From Acidobacteriota bacterium (GTDB lineage: Bacteria; Acidobacteriota; UBA6911; RPQK01; JADFOI01), in assembly GCA_963663035.1 (NCBI GenBank), contig OY760074.1, forward strand, positions 2,048,001 to 2,112,000: DNA of 64,000 nt. The letters run 5' to 3'. Made by a program: the position numbers and the translations under genes. Shown in pieces: positions 30,645 to 40,219 of this stretch. Numbering within the stretch: position 1 is the stretch's first letter; every line of letters begins with the position of its first letter. A model generated the notes under the pieces. That model was not told where the DNA came from and did no database searches. It worked only from the letters and a program-made list of their open reading frames with translations.

Positions 30645-31139
30645 GTGGCGGCAGTTGAAATGAGCAGTAAACGGAGTCGAGAGAATCAGCCTGAATCGGA
30701 ACAGGAAAGCAAGCTCATCATTGGCTGGCGGGAGATGATTTCTATCCCGGAATGGGGCATCACCAAGCTTCACGCAAAAATGGACAGCGGTGCCAGGAGC
30801 AGCGCCATTGATGTTGCCAGCTCCGAGATATTGCCGGAAGGCCGGATTCGCTTTGAAGTGGTCCTAGACCGAAAGAAAAAGGACCGCAACCGGATCATTG
30901 AAGCATCGATTAGCAGAAGGACGTCAATCCGGTCCAGCACGGGGGAGACTCGGAATCGATTGATGGTGCTGGTCCAGGTGAAAATTGGACCGATCGTGAA
31001 ACCTGTCGAATTCAGTCTGGTGTGCAGAAAGAACATGCTGTGTCGGGCCCTCCTGGGTCGAAGGGCTCTGGAGGGTGATTTCCTTATTGATTCCACCAGA
31101 AAATATTCTTTGAACAGTGGATCGAGGAAGAATCTTTAG
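30645..31139 (+). CDS. RimK-associated protease-like protein (RimB-like)
   Basis: IGWRE, AKMDSGARSS and LLGRRAL; abuts rimK. Confidence 0.85.
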   Translation: MAAVEMSSKRSRENQPESEQESKLIIGWREMISIPEWGITKLHAKMDSGARSSAIDVASSEILPEGRIRFEVVLDRKKKDRNRIIEASISRRTSIRSSTGETRNRLMVLVQVKIGPIVKPVEFSLVCRKNMLCRALLGRRALEGDFLIDSTRKYSLNSGSRKNL

Positions 31140-32315
31140 ATGAGAATCGCCATCCTTTCCAGAAGCCCCGAAGCCTATAGCACCCGTCGACTCTGTGAAG
31201 CTGCCACCGGGCATGGGCACCAGATGGAGGTCCTCGATACCCTTGAACTGGGCATCCATGTTGAACAGGCCCAGCCATCGCTTACCCACAGGACCCAACA
31301 GTGCGAGCCTTTCCAAGCTGTTATCCCTCGAATTGGCGCATCTATTACCTTTTTTGGAACCGCTGTGGTGCGACAGTTTGAGCAGATGGGTGTCTTTTCT
31401 CTCAATTCTTCCCAGGCTATTGCTGTGGCCCGGGATAAGCTGCGCTGCCTTCAAATTTTGAGTCGACATGACATCGGAATTCCTCCCTCGGCTTTTGTGC
31501 GGAGCAAAAAGGACGTTCTCCCCGCAATCGAAAGAGTGGGTGGAACTCCCGTCATCATCAAACTTCTGGAAGGCACACAGGGTATCGGGGTCATTCTGGC
31601 TGAGGATCTCAAAACCGCAGAGGCGATTATCGAGACTCTCCAGAGTACCAAGCAGAACGTTCTCATTCAGAAATTCGTTTCAGAGAGCAAGGGACGCGAC
31701 ATTCGGGCTTTCGTGGTGGGGGATCGTGTCGTTTGCGCCATGAGGCGACAAGCTGCAGGACAGGAGTTCAGAAGCAATGTGCACAGAGGAGGCTCCGTAC
31801 AAGCGGTCCAGTTGGATGAACTCTACGAGCGTACGGCGGTCAGAGCAGCCCAAATCATCGGCTTGCAGGTTGCCGGCGTGGATATGCTGGAAGGCGACGA
31901 CGGGCCTCAGATCATGGAAGTCAATTCTTCCCCCGGCCTGCAGGGCATCGAAATGGCCACAAAGATGGACGTGGCAGGCGCCATCATCGAGCATTTAGAG
32001 GATCGGGTGATTTTTGAGGAAATTGACATCAGGCAACGGTTGACGCTGGCCCGCGGTTATCAGATAGCGGAAATAACGGTAGGAAACAATTCAGAACTAG
32101 CCCACAAGGCACTCGTGGACACCGGGTTGCGCGATCGCGACATTCTGGTACTGAGCATCAACCGGAATACCCTCATCATCCCCAATCCGGAGGGCGACTT
32201 CGAAGTTCTGCCCGGCGATCTCCTCATCTGTTATGGCAAACAGATCACCATGAAATCGTTTCTCCTGGCCGGGACGAAGCCAATAGATAGAGAGAGAATC
32301 CCCGTAAGTCATTGA
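31140..32315 (+). CDS. rimK: RimK alpha-L-glutamate ligase with C-terminal TrkA_C domain
   Basis: YSTRRL, IPRIGAS, RDKLR, FRSNVHRGG and EVNSSPGL; C-terminal IIPNP...GDLLI. Confidence 0.9.
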   Translation: MRIAILSRSPEAYSTRRLCEAATGHGHQMEVLDTLELGIHVEQAQPSLTHRTQQCEPFQAVIPRIGASITFFGTAVVRQFEQMGVFSLNSSQAIAVARDKLRCLQILSRHDIGIPPSAFVRSKKDVLPAIERVGGTPVIIKLLEGTQGIGVILAEDLKTAEAIIETLQSTKQNVLIQKFVSESKGRDIRAFVVGDRVVCAMRRQAAGQEFRSNVHRGGSVQAVQLDELYERTAVRAAQIIGLQVAGVDMLEGDDGPQIMEVNSSPGLQGIEMATKMDVAGAIIEHLEDRVIFEEIDIRQRLTLARGYQIAEITVGNNSELAHKALVDTGLRDRDILVLSINRNTLIIPNPEGDFEVLPGDLLICYGKQITMKSFLLAGTKPIDRERIPVSH

Positions 32316-32321
32316 AGAGAA

Positions 32322-32397
<76 letters not shown>

Positions 32398-32524
32398 ATG
32401 TGTTTAGAATCAAGAGTTTACCACTTCCGAAAGCTCAAAATCCACTTGATTTTGGGCGACTTTAACCGCGACTTTAACCACCGTGTATTTTTCGCCGCCA
32501 GATTAAGCAGAGCCGCCGCGTTGT

Positions 32525-32746
32525 CTAGTCATGCTCATCAACAATGTTGTAGCGATCAGAGACGCTCCCGGTCTTGTGTCCGGTCACCACCTTATCGCTC
32601 AACCCGGCCCGCCTGAAGTCGTGCATAACCCGATCACCCATGCCTGCTTCCTTACAAGCAGTCTTCCAGGATCGCTCACAGTTGACCATTTGGCTTCCGT
32701 CGCGGTGAAAGAGGTAGGGGATCACTTTTCCAGGTTGCGTAGACAT
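32525..32746 (-). pseudogene. Tyrosine integrase C-terminal remnant
   Basis: WKTACKEAG, HDFRR, TGHKT and RYNIV, with apparent internal deletions. Confidence 0.8.
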
Positions 32747-33085
32747 TCCTCTGGCTGGCGCTTTTCACCACCACTTTTTGCAATCCCTTTCGGATAGATT
32801 TTTACGTGAGGCCGCGGGTAATTTTTCTATGTTCCCTTGAGAATTTCTGGCGACGGGTATTTAAACGTGGGTCCAGCCAGCCACCTTCCAATTTCGTGGC
32901 AAGCAGCGAGCCAAGTCGGGCCTGTCTTTCCCCTTGACATTGAGGGAATTTCGAGTAGGATAGGGGCGCTTGAAAAGCATCTCTTCCACCCAAAAACTGT
33001 AAGCGCTTGTCCCGCTTCTCTCCTTTTTGGGCGTAGTCAACCAGACATCACAGGGAGCTTGAAGCCACAGCTTTATGAGGTGACG

Positions 33086-33847
33086 ATGCCGAAAGCCGTA
33101 CTGGATCGAATCAGTTACTTTGATGATATTGCACAGGACTACGAGGATGTTCGTGGAACTGAAATCTGGCCTTCACTGCTGCACACGATGCGTTCCGTTG
33201 CTTCGAACGCTCTGCGCATCTTGGACGTGGCAACGGGTACGGGTCTGTTCGGTGTGAGGTTGGCCGAGGAGGGTTATCAGGTACTCGGTTTGGACCAAAA
33301 CCCCCACATGCTGGCTCAAGCAATACGCAAAGCCAAGCAGCAAGCCTCTTCCTTTCGGGGAGTGCTCGGATTGGCCGAGCAACTGCCCCTGTCCGAGAGA
33401 AGTATCTCGGTGATGCTTTCAACCAATGCCATCCACCATTTTGACCTTCAGGCCCATTTCACAGAGGTGAAGCGAGTGTTAAGGCAAAACGGCTGCTACG
33501 TCATTTACACCCGCTTTCAGAAACAGAATGCCCGTTCCATCTGGGGGCGGCTGTTTCCCCATTTTACTGAGAAGGAGATCCGCCTGTACCACCCGGAGGA
33601 TTTCCAAGGGCTCGAAGCAGAGTTTCCCGAGTTGGCACTGGAGTCCTTAGATGAACTGTCGTTCGAGAAGCCGTCTTCCCGCGATCGTCTTCTGCAGATC
33701 GCGCGCCAACGCCAATACTCGACTTTTGCGTTCTATGGTGAGGAGGAGTTTTGGCGAGCCTATGCTACGTTTCGCTCGCGTCTGGAGTCCTGGAATGACA
33801 GTTCTTACCTTGCCGAAATTGGGCGCATTGTCTTCCGACGCCGGTAG
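33086..33847 (+). CDS. Class I SAM-dependent methyltransferase
   Basis: ILDVATGTG, GLDQNPHML and AIHHF; GAGG RBS before ATG 33086. Confidence 0.88.
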   Translation: MPKAVLDRISYFDDIAQDYEDVRGTEIWPSLLHTMRSVASNALRILDVATGTGLFGVRLAEEGYQVLGLDQNPHMLAQAIRKAKQQASSFRGVLGLAEQLPLSERSISVMLSTNAIHHFDLQAHFTEVKRVLRQNGCYVIYTRFQKQNARSIWGRLFPHFTEKEIRLYHPEDFQGLEAEFPELALESLDELSFEKPSSRDRLLQIARQRQYSTFAFYGEEEFWRAYATFRSRLESWNDSSYLAEIGRIVFRRR

Positions 33848-34060
33848 TAATCTGAGCGGCTTAAAAAGCCCGGCTGAGGTTCAGGCCGTCTAAGAGTACA
33901 TCACTAATTGAATATACTGAGCAAAGAAGCGTGAAAAAGGAAGTTGAGGCGGCTTCAACTTTCACCGTGACTTTCAGCACGGCAACCTTTTTTGATCTTA
34001 ACTTCTACCTCTCAAACAAAAGGGAAAGCCTTCAGATCTTTGATGAGGCCATTCGGCCTG

Positions 34061-34089
34061 TTGACTCAGGAGGGATACCACACTACAAT
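34061..34089 (+). promoter_or_regulatory. sigma70 promoter
   Basis: TTGACT-17-TACAAT. Confidence 0.65.
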
Positions 34090-34241
34090 CCTATCCCACG
34101 AATCTTAGCACATAACTTACACTAGTGGAGTAAGATACGGTAGATCCCCCCCCACGAACGTTCAAGCTTAAGACACTTTTTGAATTCCGCGCCCGGGCCC
34201 GAATCGGAGGCCTCCCTGTCGGTACGGTCCTGGCAGTTCTG

Positions 34242-36368
34242 GTGACTATCTTCAGTACTCTAACGGCCCAGCAGGCAGAAGTGGAGGACAGGAAAGCGGT
34301 AGTGGCCATCTTTACAGATGCCAAGATTACTATCGACGGCGAGTTGAACGAGCCAGCCTGGCAAACGGCCCAGATCGCCACAGACTTCATCCAGCGAGCC
34401 CCCGCTGAGGGACAACCGGCCAGCCATCCGAGCGTGGTCAGAGTGCTGTACGACAACGAGTATCTCTATGTAGGAGCATACCTCTATGACAGCAGACCAG
34501 ACCTCATCGTAGTCCATGACATCACCCGGGACTCTGGAGCAGGACGGCAGGACTCCTTCGGAGTTGTCCTGGATACCTTCCGGGATCGTCGCAACGGATA
34601 CAACTTCTCCGTTTCACCTCTCGGTTCCAAGAGAGACTTGCAGTTTTTCAATGAAGGTGCGGACGCGAATCGCAACTGGAATGCGGTTTGGCATATCGAA
34701 ACCCGGATCCAGGAAGATGGTTGGACGGCGGAATACGCGATCCCTTTTAAGTCCCTGCGATTTAGCCGCGATGAGGAACAGGTCTGGGGAGTCCAGTTTT
34801 ATCGGTCGATCCGTCGCCTCAACGAGTCCACGTCGTGGATGCCGATTCCCTCCCGTTATAGAAACTATAGTCAGCGGATCTCTTATGCAGGCGATCTCCA
34901 TGGTGTGCGCGACGTTAGACCAGGAAAGAATCTGAAGGTCAAGCCCTATATTTTTGGGGGTGTCAACCATTTTGCCAGTCGAGGTGAAGAGACAAGTGGG
35001 GATCTAGATGGGGGGGTGGACGTGAAGTATGGTCTGACCTCCGGCTTGACTCTGGACCTAACGGTGAATACGGATTTTTCTCAGGCTGAAGCAGACACCC
35101 AGCAGGTTAACCTAACGCGCTTTCCTCTGTTCTTTCCTGAAAAGCGAGACTTCTTTCTGGAAAACACGGGAAACTTTCGGTTCGAGGCCGCCGGCAATAA
35201 CCAGGCCTTACTGTTTCACAGCCGTCGCATTGGATTGGCGGGGGGATTGCCGGTTCCCATTTTGGGAGGAGCTCGAATGACCGGCCGAGCCGGCCCATAC
35301 TACCTGGGATTGATGAACATTCAGACTCGCTCGAACAGGGACATCCCTGCCAATAATTTTTCGGTTGCGCGAGTGCGGCGCAATATCCTGGGCAACTCCG
35401 ATATCGGGGTCATCTTTCTCAACCGCCAGTCGCGCCTGCCCGAGGACCACAACCGTTCCTTTGGAGCGGATGTGAATTTCCTGCTCTTCGATCAACGGCT
35501 ATCAGCCAGCGCCATGTTGGCCAGGACGCGGACACCCGGCCGAGAGGGCCGCGACTGGCTCAAAAGCGCTGAGACCCGTTGGGATGACGGTCTCATCCGC
35601 TTTAGTGGGTATTTCCTCGAAATGCAGACGAACTTCAACCCGGAAGTCGGATTCGTGAGACGACCGGGCAGGAAAATTATTCACAATGAGTTCGGACTTC
35701 GCTTCTTTCAGGGCCGCGATTCGAACCTGAGCCGCTACATCCGAGAGATCTCTCCCCATCTTGTCTCAGAACAGATCATCCTTCCCGGGAGCATTACCGA
35801 AACCAAGCTGCTTCGTCCCCAGTTCCGTGTGGAATTCCAAGATGGGAGCACTTTTCAACTCCAGTACATTCAAAACTTCGAGCGCGTGAGCGATCCCTTT
35901 GACATCAGCGATTTCACCATCACTAGCGGTGACTATCACTTCAACGAATATTCGGTCCAATATTCCTCCAATAACGGCGCCTCCTTGGCAGCCAACATCG
36001 GCTATCGGAGCGGAGATTTCTACAACGGTGCCAAGCAGACTCTTGATCTAGGAGTGACCTTCCGACCCAATTTCCGTCTCACCACAAGCATGAGCTATGA
36101 GCTGAATGATATCGAGCTCCCGCAAGGGTCGCTCGCACTTCATCTCATCGGCCTGAACATGAAATACGCCTTCAACTCCAAGACCTTTGTCAACGCTTTC
36201 CTTCAGTACAATAATGACACCAATCGGATCAGTTCGAACATTCGTTTCCGCCTGATCCATCGCCCCTTGAGCGATCTCTTCGTGGTTTATAATGAAGTGC
36301 GAGACCAGGCGCGTGATCTGAACGATCGGGAGCTCGCTCTCAAATATACTTACCTGTTGGACTTCTAA
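34242..36368 (+). CDS. DUF5916 / CBM9-like outer-membrane protein (start uncertain)
   Basis: IDGELNEPAW, WTAEYAIPFKSLRF and NTDFSQAEAD...FPLFFPEKRDFFLE. Confidence 0.88.
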   Translation: MTIFSTLTAQQAEVEDRKAVVAIFTDAKITIDGELNEPAWQTAQIATDFIQRAPAEGQPASHPSVVRVLYDNEYLYVGAYLYDSRPDLIVVHDITRDSGAGRQDSFGVVLDTFRDRRNGYNFSVSPLGSKRDLQFFNEGADANRNWNAVWHIETRIQEDGWTAEYAIPFKSLRFSRDEEQVWGVQFYRSIRRLNESTSWMPIPSRYRNYSQRISYAGDLHGVRDVRPGKNLKVKPYIFGGVNHFASRGEETSGDLDGGVDVKYGLTSGLTLDLTVNTDFSQAEADTQQVNLTRFPLFFPEKRDFFLENTGNFRFEAAGNNQALLFHSRRIGLAGGLPVPILGGARMTGRAGPYYLGLMNIQTRSNRDIPANNFSVARVRRNILGNSDIGVIFLNRQSRLPEDHNRSFGADVNFLLFDQRLSASAMLARTRTPGREGRDWLKSAETRWDDGLIRFSGYFLEMQTNFNPEVGFVRRPGRKIIHNEFGLRFFQGRDSNLSRYIREISPHLVSEQIILPGSITETKLLRPQFRVEFQDGSTFQLQYIQNFERVSDPFDISDFTITSGDYHFNEYSVQYSSNNGASLAANIGYRSGDFYNGAKQTLDLGVTFRPNFRLTTSMSYELNDIELPQGSLALHLIGLNMKYAFNSKTFVNAFLQYNNDTNRISSNIRFRLIHRPLSDLFVVYNEVRDQARDLNDRELALKYTYLLDF

Positions 36369-36413
36369 CGGCTTGGTCTCTCACGCGCCAGATTCAGCGC
36401 AATAGGAAGCGGA

Positions 36414-36490
36414 TGGGGTGGGCGACGGGACTCGAACCCGCGGCCACAGGGGCCACAACCCTGTGCTCTACCTACTGAGCTACGCCCACC
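36414..36490 (-). tRNA. tRNA-His(GTG)
   Basis: GGTGGGCGTAGCTCAG...TTGTGGC...GGTTCGAGTCC...CCCA, including G-1. Confidence 0.95.
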
Positions 36491-36544
36491 GTGGAGATGC
36501 TGGTATTTTAGTGGTTGGGGGGGGTGAGGAGCAAGGTGGCACAG

Positions 36545-36600
36545 CTGACAACTGACAACTGACAGACGGCAACTGACAACTGACAACTGACAACTGACAT
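36545..36600. repeat. Heptamer array (CTGACAA), about 8 units
   Basis: Direct reading; includes degenerate units. Confidence 0.9.
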
Positions 36601-36684
36601 TAAGAAGGACTCCGGAAAGAGAAAGTCAGAATCTAAAAGATCCTTGGAGCCGGGAGGCTTTGACGTGAGAAGATAGGGTGCACA

Positions 36685-37659
36685 ATGATTGATCTGGCTC
36701 ATCCTGAAGTTGGTTTTGCGGTTGGTGTGGTGAGGGAGACAGCACAGTTAGCCAAAGAGATGCAGCAGGAGATCAATATCGCTGCTCTCGCTAAAGAAGA
36801 CCGATCGCCGGTCACTGTGGCTGATTTCGCCGTGCAGGCCCTGTTGGGGCGCTCACTGGAAAAGACTTTCCCGCATGACCCTCTGGTGGCCGAGGAGGAT
36901 TCGGGGCTGCTGCGCAGCGCAGAAGGACAAACCCTTCTGGAGCGGGTAACGGCATCCATCATCCGTGTCGTTCCTGGCGCCACTCCCGAGAAACTTCGCA
37001 ACTGGATTGATCGCGGTGGCAACAATCCGACCGATCGCTTTTGGGTATTGGATCCCATCGACGGCACCAAGGGTTTTCTGCGCGGAGACCAGTACGCCGT
37101 TGCACTGGCCCTGGTGGTGAAAGGCAGGGTTGAGATTGGAGTGCTGGGATGCCCCAACCTGGAGGGTGGCTTCCTGATCGCGGCTGTACGTGGGAAAGGG
37201 TGCTGGAGAACACCCTTAGCCAAGCTGGACAGGTTTGAAAAATTGCAGGTGTCTGAACGCACAGAAGCCACCCAGGCTCGCGTGCTGCGGTCCTTTGAGT
37301 CTGACCATACCGACCTGACTCAGATGGACGAGCTCCTGCGCGCCTTAGGAGTCAAAGCCAAGCCGCAGCTGATGGACAGCCAGGCGAAGTATGCTCTCCT
37401 GGCTGAGGGAAAGGGTGACCTGCTCTTTCGGCTGCTCTCGCCGGAGAATCCTGATTACGAGGAGAAAATCTGGGACCAGGCGGCGGGTTCTCTGGTGGTC
37501 GAGGAGGCGGGGGGGCGAGTCACGGATTTGGATGGGAGAGGCCTGAACTTTTCCGCTGGACGCACATTGACCCAGAATCGAGGCGTGGTTGCTTCCAACA
37601 CTCATTTGCATGAAGTGGCTTTAGAAGTGTTGGCCGCAGAAGCAAACAAGAAGACTTAA
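36685..37659 (+). CDS. 3'(2'),5'-bisphosphate nucleotidase (HAL2/CysQ-like)
   Basis: SPVTVADF, AEED, WVLDPIDGTKGF, DSQAKY and EKIWDQAAG. Confidence 0.92.
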   Translation: MIDLAHPEVGFAVGVVRETAQLAKEMQQEINIAALAKEDRSPVTVADFAVQALLGRSLEKTFPHDPLVAEEDSGLLRSAEGQTLLERVTASIIRVVPGATPEKLRNWIDRGGNNPTDRFWVLDPIDGTKGFLRGDQYAVALALVVKGRVEIGVLGCPNLEGGFLIAAVRGKGCWRTPLAKLDRFEKLQVSERTEATQARVLRSFESDHTDLTQMDELLRALGVKAKPQLMDSQAKYALLAEGKGDLLFRLLSPENPDYEEKIWDQAAGSLVVEEAGGRVTDLDGRGLNFSAGRTLTQNRGVVASNTHLHEVALEVLAAEANKKT

Positions 37660-37705
37660 GCACAATCTCGTCTAGCCTGCATCAGGCTCATTGAAAGCGG
37701 AGACA

Positions 37706-37999
37706 TTACGAGAGGTATCGCATGAACTCCCCTTCAAAATCGGGGAAGTAAGTGGAGATGACCGTCACGTCGAAAGTGGGAAGAATCGACTCTTTGGGCT
37801 CCCTTTCCAGCAGAAATTGGAAGGCCGCCTGGATACAGCTGTCAAGGCTTACCTGAGAACTGGTCAAGCGCTCATAGGTGTCCTGTGTCATCGTGACCCG
37901 ATGATGAGTTTCACTACCTCTCTCTCTCACCGTGACGGTGAACTGATAGGGATCGTCCGTCTTCGTCTGTAATACCTTCACCGTATTCTGTTTGCTCAT
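37706..37999 (-). CDS. Conserved hypothetical protein
   Basis: FLLEREPKESIL...F...I..YFP pattern. Confidence 0.75.
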   Translation of the reverse strand: MSKQNTVKVLQTKTDDPYQFTVTVRERGSETHHRVTMTQDTYERLTSSQVSLDSCIQAAFQFLLEREPKESILPTFDVTVISTYFPDFEGEFMRYLS

Positions 38000-38132
38000 T
38001 ATGTTTTCATTTTACAAGATAAGCGGCCCTACCATCAGGAACATCGCAGGAACAAGGCCAAAACGATTGCTTTTAAGCCTTTTTCGTAGTAGAAACTGAC
38101 ACACGGCACCCATCGCGAATTGGAAGGCACCT

Positions 38133-39560
38133 ATGGCTGAGATTAGACACTTGAGCGGTGTAACGCGGAGAAAGTTTCTAGCAGGGTTGGGAGCAGCGGG
38201 TGCTGTCATGATTTTGGGTCCAAGCAATCAGGCCTATGCCCAGTCGCTGCCTCGACCCGGACCCGCCGATTGGCCCCGCTTCGGCTGTGACCTGCACAAC
38301 ACCCGCTTTAACGCTCGTGAGAGAACGCTGGGCCAAGACAACGTGGGGCGGCTGAAGATGAAGTGGCGCTTCCAGGCGGATGGAGTCATTCAAACGACTC
38401 CCACTGTGATCGGAGACACCCTCTTTTTTGGAACCCAGTCCGGGCAAGAGTTTGCGTTGGAGACCCAAACCGGGGAACCCAAATGGAGGTTTGCGGTTGA
38501 GAATCAGCAGACCAAGCGCTACATGAGGCAGGGAGTGCGCTCTTCCTCCCATTATGCCGATGGCCGTGTCTACTTCGGGGACAATATGACGAAGATACGG
38601 TGTATCGAGGCGGCCACTGGGAAAGAGATTTGGCAAACACAGTTAAGCGACGATCCTACTGCCCAGACCCGCTCCTCGCCTGCTGTATACAACGGCAGAG
38701 TCGTTCTGGGGTATTCTTCTGCCCTTGGTAATGCCGAGATCGTCTGCCTGGACGCCGACACGGGGGCCGTCTCCTGGCGCTTTAGAACCGCTCCAGAGGG
38801 TGCCGGTGGTTCAGTTTGGGGTTCGCCCGCCATTGATGAACAAGAGCAAATCGTCTACAACGTTACGGGCAGCGCCAAGGGCTTCATGCCTCCAGGTCCC
38901 ATGTTGTATACCGAGAGCATTTTGGCTCATGACCTGGAAAGCGGAGAACTCCTCTGGTATTCGCAGGCGCGACCGCGCTCTCCCCATGACCTTGATTTCG
39001 GATGCCACCCCATGATCTTCGAAGCCCAGGCTCCCTCGGGATACCGTGGCAATGTGGTACGAAATTGTGTGGCGGCCGGTAGTAAAGGAGGGTTGTTCAC
39101 TTGGGACCGGTATACAGGTGAACTCTATTGGAAAGTGATGCTCACCAGCGCCGCTGCCAGTGGCGGTATGCAACAGGACAGTACGGCAGTGGCCTACAAT
39201 CGGATCTATGCTGTCTCGAGCGCCATCACTGCCAACGGTCCGGTGTCAGTCACCGCAGCCTTGCATCCGTACACTGGAGACATCATCTGGTGGGTGCCCA
39301 ATGCAGTTGACAATCACGCGCCGGTGGCTGTAGCCAACGGTGTATTCTACCAGGGCTTGATGGACGGCACCCTGCAGGCTCTTGATGCGGATTATGGCCG
39401 GGTGCTGTGGGAGCACAAGTTGCCCACTGCTCACAGAGGGGGAATAGCCATTGCCAACGGAACACTCTACGTTGGCAGCGGTGAACCATCCGGGGCCACC
39501 GAAGAAGTTGTCAATAGGGGCAGCTATTACATGTACGCCTTCAGCATTGATGGTGCCTAA
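38133..39560 (+). CDS. Tat-exported PQQ-type beta-propeller protein
   Basis: TRRKFL; DWPRFG; repeated xxTGxxxW blades; DLDFG. Confidence 0.85.
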   Translation: MAEIRHLSGVTRRKFLAGLGAAGAVMILGPSNQAYAQSLPRPGPADWPRFGCDLHNTRFNARERTLGQDNVGRLKMKWRFQADGVIQTTPTVIGDTLFFGTQSGQEFALETQTGEPKWRFAVENQQTKRYMRQGVRSSSHYADGRVYFGDNMTKIRCIEAATGKEIWQTQLSDDPTAQTRSSPAVYNGRVVLGYSSALGNAEIVCLDADTGAVSWRFRTAPEGAGGSVWGSPAIDEQEQIVYNVTGSAKGFMPPGPMLYTESILAHDLESGELLWYSQARPRSPHDLDFGCHPMIFEAQAPSGYRGNVVRNCVAAGSKGGLFTWDRYTGELYWKVMLTSAAASGGMQQDSTAVAYNRIYAVSSAITANGPVSVTAALHPYTGDIIWWVPNAVDNHAPVAVANGVFYQGLMDGTLQALDADYGRVLWEHKLPTAHRGGIAIANGTLYVGSGEPSGATEEVVNRGSYYMYAFSIDGA

Positions 39561-39613
39561 AGAAGAAGCCGGGGAGCAGGTTGAGAGAAAGTTTGAGGAG
39601 AGGTAATCGGCAA

Positions 39614-40207
39614 ATGTCCCACCATAAAAGTGGAATGATACGTCGTGACTTCCTGAGGGTGGCAGGAGTAGGTACGTTTGGACTCTCCAGTCTGAGTTGG
39701 CTGAAGTTGGCCAGTGGGCAATCGGCGATTAACGAAATCAGCCTTTCCAGAAATTATGCTGCCGGCCGCTACTATTTTAATCCACTGGGACTGCATATAG
39801 CTCCTGGTGAAACCGTTCAATGGTCTTCCAGGAGCGAAGGATTCTCGGTGAGCGCCTATCATCCTGACAACGATAATCATGAGTTGCGAATTCCGGAGGA
39901 TGCAGAGCCCTTTGACACGGGAATCATGCCCGTGCGTTCGACCTTGGAATGGACCTTCGAAGTGGAAGGCACCTATGACTACTACAGCCAGAGACAGGAG
40001 GTCATAGGTATGGTCGGTCGGATTGTTGTGGGGAGGCCGGGCGGCCCTGGTGAAGAACCTTTAGGTTACGGTTCAGGAGAGGGACGTGCTCCCATATTTA
40101 GGGAGGCCAGGAAAGTCTTTGAATTTGCCAGATCAGAAGAAATAGTCAGAAGAAAAGTCATCCCCTATCCTGTAAAGGAGCTGGAGCGCAGATTTCCACT
40201 GTATTGA
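39614..40207 (+). CDS. Tat-exported cupredoxin-fold protein
   Basis: RRDFL; FNPLGLHIAPGETVQW, AYHPDN and GTYDYY...GMVGRIVVG. Confidence 0.8.
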   Translation: MSHHKSGMIRRDFLRVAGVGTFGLSSLSWLKLASGQSAINEISLSRNYAAGRYYFNPLGLHIAPGETVQWSSRSEGFSVSAYHPDNDNHELRIPEDAEPFDTGIMPVRSTLEWTFEVEGTYDYYSQRQEVIGMVGRIVVGRPGGPGEEPLGYGSGEGRAPIFREARKVFEFARSEEIVRRKVIPYPVKELERRFPLY

Positions 40208-40219
40208 GTCTTACCCTTA

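Noticed and set aside
34146-34153. C8 tract as a phase-variation switch for the DUF5916 gene
   Set aside because: I found no upstream start that a length change would bring into frame; the start is simply uncertain.
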